Part shown: piece after piece, positions 28,325 through 36,161 of the stretch
Layout of the letters: every line of letters starts with the position of its first letter
How positions within the stretch are numbered: position 1 is the first letter of the stretch
NCBI GenBank assembly: GCA_041659605.1
Contig: JBAZXW010000012.1
Span: forward strand, 138-64,137
Direction of reading: 5' to 3'
Length of the DNA stretch: 64,000 bases
Source of the DNA: Sinimarinibacterium sp.
GTDB taxonomy: Bacteria > Pseudomonadota > Gammaproteobacteria > Nevskiales > Nevskiaceae
Notes under the pieces: model-generated
Seen by the model: only the letters and a program-made list of their open reading frames with translations
Told to the model about the DNA's origin: nothing
Database searches by the model: none
Made by a program: the position numbers and the translations under genes

Positions 28325-28799
28325 ATCTCAGCGCACGACGGCACAGAAGAAGTCGGAGCGCGAGGTCGTCGTCACGCGGACGTTCAACGCGCCCGCGCGG
28401 CTCGTGTTCGAGGCGTGGTCCAAGCCCGAGTTGTTCAAGAAGTGGTGGGTGCCCCGCTCCATGGGCATGACACTTCGCTCGTGCGAGCTGGACGTGCGTA
28501 CCGGCGGCAAATATCGCCTGGTGTTCGGCGACGATCCTGCGAACCCGATGGCGTTCTTCGGCAAGTACCTCGAGGTGGTGCCTTACAAGCGCATCGTCTG
28601 GACGAACGAGGAAAGCGGCGACGCGGGATCCGTCACCACCGTGACGTTCGAAGAGCGCGACGGCAAGACGCTGCTCGTCATGAGCGAGCTATATCCCACG
28701 AAGGAGGCGCTCGACGCGGCCGGCACCGGCGCACAGGAAGCGATGAACGAGACGTTCGGACAGCTCGACGAACTGCTCGCCGAGCTATCCGCGCGTTGA
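28302..28799 (+). CDS. SRPBCC/AHSA1-like domain protein
   Basis: EVVVTRTFNAPARLVFEAWSKPEL, DVRTGGKYRL; GTG start at 28302. Confidence 0.88.
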   Translation: MAARKVGESQRTTAQKKSEREVVVTRTFNAPARLVFEAWSKPELFKKWWVPRSMGMTLRSCELDVRTGGKYRLVFGDDPANPMAFFGKYLEVVPYKRIVWTNEESGDAGSVTTVTFEERDGKTLLVMSELYPTKEALDAAGTGAQEAMNETFGQLDELLAELSAR

Positions 28800-28820
28800 C
28801 TCCGTTCGCGCTGAAACCGT

Positions 28821-28979
28821 TACCGGCGACGCAAGACGATTCCAGAACCCGTATTTGGATGGATCAAACAGGCCCTCGGCTTCCGGAGATTCAGCATGCG
28901 CGGACTCGAAGCGGCGAAATCCGAATGGAACCTCATCTGCGCGGCGGTGAATTTGAAGCGGATGCACAGCTTGGAATAG
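28821..28979 (+). mobile_element. 3' fragment of an IS1182-family transposase
   Basis: Manual translation YRRRKTIPEPVFGWIKQALGFRRFSMRGLEAAKSEWNLICAAVNLKRM. Confidence 0.8.
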
Positions 28980-29035
28980 AGTCCGGCGTGAAAAGGCCGG
29001 ACAAACGATGCAAGAGGCCAACAGCCCGGCCTCGG

Positions 29036-29650
29036 CTACTTCTGCGCCCAGGCGCCATTGACGTCCTGATACCACCAGCCCGCCTGCGCCTTGGCGATCC
29101 AGCGGCTCGCGAACACTTCGCGGATCTGCGCTTCCCATTGCGGCTGGCCGTTGGCGGTGGCGATCTCGCGGTACAGCGCGGCTCGGTCGCTGTTTTCGTT
29201 GGCGACCAGCGTGCGCACGGCATTGCGGCTGGCCAGCGGTACGGCGGCAGGATCGCGTACCGTCACATAGCCGTCCGCGGTCAGGCCGACGGTACCGGCG
29301 GACATCAGCGGCTTGAGTTCGGCGAAGCGGCGCTCCATCAGCGTCTTCAGGCGCACGATTTCCGGCGACGAGATGTCGATGTTCGGTTCGGCGGCCTGGG
29401 CCGCGGGAATCAGCACGTCGAGTGCGCGCAGCGCAACGGCCTGCAGGGCGCTGCCGAGCGACGAAGTCGGCTCGGGTGTCGCGGGAACCGGGCCGGGCAC
29501 GAGCGGCTGATCGGCGCTGCCCCAGACATCGTCGATGATGCGATCGGCGGCCTTTTCCGCAGCGGCGGCGGGGAAGTAGACGTTGATCGTGACGCAGGCG
29601 CTCATCGAAGCGAGCACGGCGGCGAGCAGGCCGGTTCGGAGAGGGGTCAT
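29036..29650 (-). CDS. YdbL/DUF1318 family lipoprotein
   Basis: Lipobox MSAC, VTINVYFPAAAAEKAAD, ENSDRAALYREIA, WIAKAQAGWWYQ. Confidence 0.85.
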   Translation of the reverse strand: MTPLRTGLLAAVLASMSACVTINVYFPAAAAEKAADRIIDDVWGSADQPLVPGPVPATPEPTSSLGSALQAVALRALDVLIPAAQAAEPNIDISSPEIVRLKTLMERRFAELKPLMSAGTVGLTADGYVTVRDPAAVPLASRNAVRTLVANENSDRAALYREIATANGQPQWEAQIREVFASRWIAKAQAGWWYQDVNGAWAQK

Positions 29651-29717
29651 CGCGCACTCCATCGAGGCTGGGAGGAATGCAGTATAGAGCGCCAAACCGG
29701 ACGGCCCGTGAACGCCG

Positions 29718-31556
29718 TCAGCGCAGCTCGCTGCTCACCTGTGCCGGCCCGCTCTTGCCGATGCCCTTGAGCTGCGCGAGGAACACCGGCCAGCTGACCT
29801 GCGTCGAGTAGCCGACGACGTCGATGCGCGGCAGGCCGCGGCCCTGCACCAGCACGTAGCCATTGCTGCCGCCGCCACTGCGGCGCTTCGCCGGTCCGAT
29901 GCCGTTCATGCGGCACACGCCGTTGTCGAGCACGCAGCTCCAGCCGATGCGCGCGTAGGCGAAATCGTCGAAGACGCTGAAGAAGCCGCGCGACAGCAGG
30001 CCGGTCGGGCCGCCGCCGATCGACGAGATGCTGTCGATCGCGCGCTGCGAGATGCGCCGCGGCGAGTCGTCGTCCGCCGACGAGTAAAGCCGCGCGTTCA
30101 TCGCCACCGGTTCCCAGCCGATCAGGCGCAGGCCGTCGAAATCGCCGTCGAGCCGCCCGGTGATGCGGCCGAAGTCGAAGGCGCCGGTGACCGCTGCAAG
30201 ATCGAGGCGGCGCAGGCGCAGATCCGCCTTCACGCGCGGCAGCGGGCCGAACGGCTCGATCACGCTCAGATTGCGCACCTCGATCTGCCCGTCGAAGGCG
30301 GCCGCGGTCAGCGTGCCGTCGATGTCGAGCCGGCGCTCGCGCAGTCGCAATCCGGGCAGCGTGCCGGCGAGCGTGCCGGCGAACTCGGGCCAGCCGAGGG
30401 CGCGGCACAGGGCCGGCAGGTCGATCGGCAACAGCTGCATCTGCACGTCTGCGCCCATCTGCTCGTTGCCGATGTCGCTGAGCACGAACCGTTTCAGCTC
30501 CAGCGCGCCGTCCAGCACCGGCAGCCGCGCCGGTGCCGTCAACGCGAAGTCGCGCGCGGCCGTTGCGAAGTCGAGCTGCGCGGCGCCGAGCGGGATGCGG
30601 CCGACGACGCCCTCGCGCCAACGCAGCACGGAACCCTGCACGGGTGTCTGCGTCTGCCAGTTCAGCGCGCCGTTGAGGCCGTTCAGCACCACTGCGGGAC
30701 CGGGCGCGGCGACCGTCATATCGTCGACGTCGATGTGCAGCTGTTGCAGAGCGCCGTCGCGGACATCGGCGCGCAGGGCGGCCGTGCCGGCCAGTTCCAG
30801 ATCGTGCAGCGGCGTCGTCGCGAGGAAGGGACGCAGATACAACTCGGCCGCCGCCGCGGCGTTGGCGAGCGACAGCTCGATCGCAACGCGGTGATGCGCG
30901 AGCGCCTGTGCGGGATCCACTTCTCCGCGGGCCGTCAGCGTGCCGATGCCGGTCTGTTCGATCTGCAGCCGCTCCACGCGCACCGGGCCGGTCGCGGGCC
31001 GGATTGCGCGCCCATCGAAGCGCAGGGGATGCACGCCGAAGTCGAAAAAGGCCGGTTCGACATAGGCCTGGCCGCCGAGCGTGCGCAGCTGCCATTCCAG
31101 CGTCTGCGTTGCCGAAGCTGCGCTGGCGCGGCCCTGCAGCGACAGGTGCAGTTGATCGGCGGCGATGCGCCCGTCCGCGCTGTTGTAGCTCAGCAGCAGG
31201 TCGGCGCGACGCAGATCGGCGCGCCAGCGCCCGGAAGCGTTGGCGGACAGGTCGACCACCGCGTCGAGCGTCCCCAGATCCGCGACCTCGACCTGTGCGG
31301 CGAGGCCGTCGCAACCGATGGCGGCGCTGCGCAGCAACGGGCAGCGGAGGCGGACCCGCGCAGGTCCGACCGGACTGGCGGCGTGCGTCAGCGAGCCCAG
31401 TTCGACTTCGGCGGCGCCGTCGGTTCGCCAGTCGGCGCGCATGGACTCGATCCGCCAGTCCGCGCCCTCGATGCGGCCGACGCTCAGCTCGACGCGATCC
31501 ACCGCGTCGGCGGCGAAGCTGAGGCACAGCATGGCGAACCAGTACGGGTGTCGCAT
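29718..31556 (-). CDS. Secreted beta-rich protein, YdbH/AsmA-like
   Basis: Signal peptide, beta-strand-rich; C-terminal FGRITGRLDG...ISQRAIDSISSIGGG; upstream of the YdbL-like gene. Confidence 0.65.
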   Translation of the reverse strand: MRHPYWFAMLCLSFAADAVDRVELSVGRIEGADWRIESMRADWRTDGAAEVELGSLTHAASPVGPARVRLRCPLLRSAAIGCDGLAAQVEVADLGTLDAVVDLSANASGRWRADLRRADLLLSYNSADGRIAADQLHLSLQGRASAASATQTLEWQLRTLGGQAYVEPAFFDFGVHPLRFDGRAIRPATGPVRVERLQIEQTGIGTLTARGEVDPAQALAHHRVAIELSLANAAAAAELYLRPFLATTPLHDLELAGTAALRADVRDGALQQLHIDVDDMTVAAPGPAVVLNGLNGALNWQTQTPVQGSVLRWREGVVGRIPLGAAQLDFATAARDFALTAPARLPVLDGALELKRFVLSDIGNEQMGADVQMQLLPIDLPALCRALGWPEFAGTLAGTLPGLRLRERRLDIDGTLTAAAFDGQIEVRNLSVIEPFGPLPRVKADLRLRRLDLAAVTGAFDFGRITGRLDGDFDGLRLIGWEPVAMNARLYSSADDDSPRRISQRAIDSISSIGGGPTGLLSRGFFSVFDDFAYARIGWSCVLDNGVCRMNGIGPAKRRSGGGSNGYVLVQGRGLPRIDVVGYSTQVSWPVFLAQLKGIGKSGPAQVSSELR

Positions 31557-31624
31557 GCGGACATCATGGCAGCTAGCAGCCTGTCGGGCTTCTGCCCGAC
31601 AGGCTGCTAGACTCGCCCTTCAGC

Positions 31625-33397
31625 ATGAACCCACGCACGGTCCTCGCAGAGAGTCCGCTGTTCGAGCGCCTGACACCGGCGGCGCTCGACGCGCTGGCCG
31701 CGCAGGCTGAAATCGTCGAGATTCCCAGCGGCCGCACGCTGTTCGAGCGCGGCACGGCGCCGGACAGCATCTACATCGTCGCGACCGGACGCCTGTGTGC
31801 GGTGCTGCCGGATGGCGCCATTGCAGGCACCATCGGCCGGCTTGAGCCGATCGGCGAGATCGGCGCGCTGTCCGGCGAGACGCGCGTCGCCGCGGTGCAC
31901 GCAGTGCGTGACAGCGCGCTGATCCGCATCCCGGCCAAGCATCTCTATGCGGTGATCAGCCAGCACCCCGACGCGCTCGCCGAGATGACGCGCGTGATCA
32001 TCCAGCGCATGCGCCAGAACCAGCGTGTGCAACGGCTCGAACACCAGCGGCAGCTGCGCTGCATCGCGGTCGTGCCGGCGACGCCGGATGTCGACGTGGC
32101 GATGGTCGCGCGCCGGCTGCGCGAGGCGCTGGCGTCGACGCGCTCGCCGATGCTGATCGACGCGCAGACCGTCGATGCGGCCCTCGGTCCCGGAACGTCA
32201 CAGGCACGCCTCGACAGCGGCGAGGAGAACCGGCGCCTAGTCGAATTTCTCAACCGGGCCGAAGTCGAGCGCGAGTACCTGATGTATCTGTCCGGCGGAC
32301 ATGCCGATCCCTGGGCGCGGCGCTGCATGCGCCAGGCCGATCGCATCCTGTTCGTCGTCAATGCCTCGGCACCTGCGGTGGTCACGCCGATGGTCGACGA
32401 GTTGCGGCGCTGCGGTGCCCGCGCCCCGGTCGAAGTCATCGTGATCCGCCCGGAAGGCCAGGCGGCCGGACCGGTGCTGACCTGGCGCGAGCACGTCGGC
32501 GCGCAGGCGCATTACTTCGTGCGCCGCGACCACACCGGCGACTTCGCCAGTCTCGCGCGCCAGCTCACCGGGCGCGGTGTCGGCCTGGTGCTCGGCGGCG
32601 GCGGTGCGCGTGGCTTCGCCCACATCGGCCTGATCCGCGCGCTGCACGAGCTCAACATCCCGGTCGACGTCGTCGGCGGCACCAGCATGGGCGCGTTCTT
32701 TTCGGCCCTGGTCGCCTGCGGCTACGACCACAACGAGATCCTGCATATCGCCCGCGAGACTTTCGTCAAGACCAACCAGCTCAACGACTACCTGTTCCCC
32801 AGCGTCTCGCTGATCCGCGGGCGCAAGTTCGTGCGCCGCATGCACGAGATTTTCGACGAGCGCCAGATCCAGGAGCTGCGCAAGCCGTACTTCTGCATGT
32901 CGACCAACCTCACGCGCGGCCGCTCGGTGACGCACGACCGCGGGCCGGTCTACATGTGGGTCGCGACCAGCATGGCGGTGCCGGGCGTGGCGCCGCCGGT
33001 GGTCTATCGTGGCGAACTGCTGTGCGACGGCGCGGTCGTCAACAGTCTGCCGACCGACGTGATGCAGAGCCTGGAACGCGGGCCGATCATCGCCTCGGAC
33101 GTCAGCACCGAAGGCGGTCTTGCCGCGCCGGGCATCGAAGGGCCCGATCCCGAGGGGCTGTTCAACCTGAAAGGCGACTTCGAAAAGCCGCGCCTGTTCT
33201 CGATCATCTTCCGCACCGCGACGCTGACCAGCGAAAGCGGAACCGCGCAGCGCGCGGCGCGCGCCGACGTCTATCTGCGCATGCCGGTCAACGGCATCGG
33301 CCTGTTCGACTGGAAGAAGCTCGACGAAGTGGTCGAACGCGGCTATCGCCACGCGCTGGAGCAGCTGCAGCCGGTGCGCGACAAGCTCGGCGTGTAG
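31625..33397 (+). CDS. cNMP-binding patatin-like phospholipase (NTE-like)
   Basis: N-terminal cNMP domain (IGEIGAL...R); GGGGARG, GTSMG, DGA motifs. Confidence 0.92.
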   Translation: MNPRTVLAESPLFERLTPAALDALAAQAEIVEIPSGRTLFERGTAPDSIYIVATGRLCAVLPDGAIAGTIGRLEPIGEIGALSGETRVAAVHAVRDSALIRIPAKHLYAVISQHPDALAEMTRVIIQRMRQNQRVQRLEHQRQLRCIAVVPATPDVDVAMVARRLREALASTRSPMLIDAQTVDAALGPGTSQARLDSGEENRRLVEFLNRAEVEREYLMYLSGGHADPWARRCMRQADRILFVVNASAPAVVTPMVDELRRCGARAPVEVIVIRPEGQAAGPVLTWREHVGAQAHYFVRRDHTGDFASLARQLTGRGVGLVLGGGGARGFAHIGLIRALHELNIPVDVVGGTSMGAFFSALVACGYDHNEILHIARETFVKTNQLNDYLFPSVSLIRGRKFVRRMHEIFDERQIQELRKPYFCMSTNLTRGRSVTHDRGPVYMWVATSMAVPGVAPPVVYRGELLCDGAVVNSLPTDVMQSLERGPIIASDVSTEGGLAAPGIEGPDPEGLFNLKGDFEKPRLFSIIFRTATLTSESGTAQRAARADVYLRMPVNGIGLFDWKKLDEVVERGYRHALEQLQPVRDKLGV

Positions 33398-33400
33398 CCA

Positions 33401-33462
33401 GTAGCCCGGGTGAAACCCGGGGCGACGCCGGCGTGATCTTCCCCGGGCTGCGCCCGGGCTAC
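33401..33462. repeat. GTAG-type REP doublet, family B (copy 1)
   Basis: GTAGCCCGGGTGAAACCCGGGG...CCCCGGGCTGCGCCCGGGCTAC, inverted arms. Confidence 0.8.
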
Positions 33463-33522
33463 GACGCTCAATAATAAGCCCGCGGCGTGGGGCCGCGGGC
33501 TTGGAGAGCGAGCGCTGCGCGC

Positions 33523-34737
33523 CTACTCGGTGAGCACGTGGAACTCGACGCGGCGGTTCAGGCCGCGGCCTTCTTCGGTCTCGTTGTCGGCGATCGGGTT
33601 CTCTTCGCCATGACCCACGCTTTCGAGGCGGTCGCCGGCGCTGCCGCGGTCGATCAGGTAGTTGCGCACGGATGCGGCGCGCGCCACCGACAGGTGCTTG
33701 TTGTACGCGTCGGTGCCCTTCGCGTCGGTATTGCCGATGATCTCCAGGCGCAGGTCCGGCTGGTTGCGCAGACCGATCGCGACACGGTCGAGCACGACGC
33801 GGGCGTCGCGCGTCAGCTTCGCCGAATCGAACTCGAAGTGCACCGCCTTGAGCACGATCACGGTCTGCTCTTCGGACACGCAGCCGGTGATGTCGACCTT
33901 GAACCCGGGCGGAGTATCCGGGCAGGCATCCTCAGCGTTGGCCACGCCATCGCCATCCTGGTCGACCGGGCAGCCCGTTGCGTCGACAGCGGTGCCCGCC
34001 GGCGTGGCGGGGCACTGGTCCGTGGTGTCAATGACGCCATCGCCGTCGGTGTCGGAAGTGGCCAGGACCGGCTGCGCCGGGCAGCCGGTGGCGTCGACAG
34101 CGGTGCCGAACGGCGTATCCGGACAGGCGTCCGCGGTGTCGAGAACGCCATCGTGATCGTCATCGATGTCGCCGTGACGCAGCACCTTCTCGGGTTCGGC
34201 GGCAACAGCGCCGAAGGCGTAGAGCAGGCCGAGGTTCAGGCGCGCGTCGTAGAGCACGTCCTCGTCGGGGTAGGTGTCGCTGTTGAAAATGGCGTAGTAA
34301 CGACCTTCGGCACGCAGCTGCAGGCGGTCGCTGCCGGCCTGGAAGCCGACGCCGGCGTCGACATACGGCGACAGCTCTTCCTCGATGCCGTAATCCTCCC
34401 AGAAGCTGCCGAGGCCGCCGAGGATGAACACGCCAAAGCGCGGCGATCCGCCCAGATAGCGGAGGTCGAGCCCGGCGCCGTAGCCGGCGTCGCGGCCGCT
34501 GCCGTCTTCCAGGTCGGTGCGCTGCCCGAACGCGTTGAGTTCCAGGCTCAGCCAGGGGTTCATCGGGGCGCCGTAGAGGATGTGCCAGCCGGGCCCGTTG
34601 TCGGTGCCGCGCACGCTGTCGGGCAGCACATAGCTGCCCATCACGCCGAGGTAGTTCGGCGGCGCATCGGCGGCTGCGCTGGCGCCGGACGCCAGGGCAA
34701 GTGCCAATGCCGCGGCTGCGCAGAAGATTCGCATCAT
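33523..34737 (-). CDS. OmpA family protein (beta-barrel, TSP3-like Ca-binding repeats, OmpA C-domain), paralogue 1
   Basis: Start MMRIFC; repeats DxDxDGVxDxxDxCPxTP; VHFEFDSAKL, GNTDAKG, LSVARAASV, NRRVEF. Confidence 0.92.
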   Translation of the reverse strand: MMRIFCAAAALALALASGASAAADAPPNYLGVMGSYVLPDSVRGTDNGPGWHILYGAPMNPWLSLELNAFGQRTDLEDGSGRDAGYGAGLDLRYLGGSPRFGVFILGGLGSFWEDYGIEEELSPYVDAGVGFQAGSDRLQLRAEGRYYAIFNSDTYPDEDVLYDARLNLGLLYAFGAVAAEPEKVLRHGDIDDDHDGVLDTADACPDTPFGTAVDATGCPAQPVLATSDTDGDGVIDTTDQCPATPAGTAVDATGCPVDQDGDGVANAEDACPDTPPGFKVDITGCVSEEQTVIVLKAVHFEFDSAKLTRDARVVLDRVAIGLRNQPDLRLEIIGNTDAKGTDAYNKHLSVARAASVRNYLIDRGSAGDRLESVGHGEENPIADNETEEGRGLNRRVEFHVLTE

Positions 34738-34797
34738 CGGGGTCCCCCTATTTGTTTGGACTGTTGCGGTCTGCGCGCTGCCGCGCAGAGCCGTGGG

Positions 34798-34820
34798 TGC
34801 CCATATATTACGCAACTTCA
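34798..34820 (-). promoter_or_regulatory. Conserved upstream element of ompA paralogue 1
   Basis: Minus strand TGAAGTTGCGTAATATATGGGCA; 22/23 identical to 36104..36126; contains a TAATAT -10-like hexamer. Confidence 0.6.
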
Positions 34821-34859
34821 CCCGGGCCGCGACCCGATGGCGCCGGCGGCGCCTGACCG

Positions 34860-36047
34860 CTATTCGGTCAGCACGCGGAATTCGACGCGCCGGTTCTGCG
34901 CCCGACCTTCCTCGGTGTCGTTGTCGGCGATCGGAAATTCCTCGCCGTGGCCGGCGGTTTCGAGCCGGCTGCCGGAGATGCCGCGATCGATCAGGTAATT
35001 GCGCACCGAAGCGGCGCGCGCGACCGACAGATGCCGGTTGTAGGCGTCGCTACCCTTGGAATCGGTGTTGCCGATGATCTCGACACGCAGGTTCGGCTGG
35101 TTGCGCAGGCCCTCGGCGACACGGTCGAGCACGACGCGCGCATCGCGCATCAGCACCGCCGAATCGAACTCGAAATGCACCGCCTTGAGCACGATGACCG
35201 TCTGCTCGCCGGACACGCAGCCGCTGGCATCGACCTTGAAGCCTGGCGGGGTCTGCGGACAGGCGTCCTGGGCATTGGGCACGCCGTCGCCGTCCTCGTC
35301 GAGCGGGCAGCCGTTGGCGTCGACCGCCGTGCCGGCCGGGGTGCCGGGGCACTGGTCGGTATCGTCGGCAACGCCATCGCCGTCGCTGTCTCCGGGGGCT
35401 GCAGCCTGTGCCGGGCAACCTTTCTCGTCCACCGGCACCGCGAACGGCGTATCGGGGCAGGCGTCGATGTCGTCGCTGACGCCGTCCTGGTCAAGATCGC
35501 CGATTGCCGGCGCAGTGCTGCCCAGGCTGTACTGCACGCCGAGGTTCACGCGGGCGTCGTAGACCACGTCGTCGTCGGGAAACAGATCGCGATTGAAGAT
35601 CGCGTAATAGCGCCCTTCGACGCGTCCCTTCAGTCGGCCGCTGCCGACCTGGAGGCCGAGGCCGACGTTGGCGAACGGCGAAAGCTGCTGATCGACGTAA
35701 ATGTCCTCCCAGATGCCGCCCAGACCGCCGAGCGCGAATACGCCGATCAGCGGCGAGCCGCGCAGATAGCGCAGGCCCAGGCCCAGGCCGTAGGCGACAT
35801 CGTGACCGCCGCCGCCTTCGAGTTCGGTACGCTGGCCGAAGGCGTCGAGTTCCATGCTCACGTGGTCGGCGACCGGCCGGCCGTAGACCAGCTGCCAGCC
35901 GGCGTCTTCCGCGGTGCCGCGGGCATCGTCGGGGATGACGTAACTGCCCATCGCGCTGACGTAATCATCCCGGTCTGCGGCCACCGCGGCCGTGCAGGAC
36001 AGGGCGGACAGCAGCAGCGCCAGCGCAGCGCGGGAGGCTCGGTTCAT
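34860..36047 (-). CDS. OmpA family protein, paralogue 2
   Basis: Same architecture and long stretches of identity with 33523..34737. Confidence 0.92.
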   Translation of the reverse strand: MNRASRAALALLLSALSCTAAVAADRDDYVSAMGSYVIPDDARGTAEDAGWQLVYGRPVADHVSMELDAFGQRTELEGGGGHDVAYGLGLGLRYLRGSPLIGVFALGGLGGIWEDIYVDQQLSPFANVGLGLQVGSGRLKGRVEGRYYAIFNRDLFPDDDVVYDARVNLGVQYSLGSTAPAIGDLDQDGVSDDIDACPDTPFAVPVDEKGCPAQAAAPGDSDGDGVADDTDQCPGTPAGTAVDANGCPLDEDGDGVPNAQDACPQTPPGFKVDASGCVSGEQTVIVLKAVHFEFDSAVLMRDARVVLDRVAEGLRNQPNLRVEIIGNTDSKGSDAYNRHLSVARAASVRNYLIDRGISGSRLETAGHGEEFPIADNDTEEGRAQNRRVEFRVLTE

Positions 36048-36103
36048 CAGATACCCCAGGTGGATCGTGTCTTCTGATCGAGGTTTCGCTCCGTCGATCA
36101 GCC

Positions 36104-36126
36104 TGCCCGTATATTACGCAACTTCA
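36104..36126 (-). promoter_or_regulatory. Conserved upstream element of ompA paralogue 2
   Basis: Minus strand TGAAGTTGCGTAATATACGGGCA. Confidence 0.6.
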
Positions 36127-36161
36127 TTCACCCCGCACCCGCGGACACTATCCGGCGTGAC

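Noticed and set aside
33900-35480. Repeated GGGCAG/GTCGAC-containing units as a possible CRISPR or tandem array
   Set aside because: They are coding DxDxDG-CP repeats inside the two ompA genes; no constant repeat-spacer period and no cas genes
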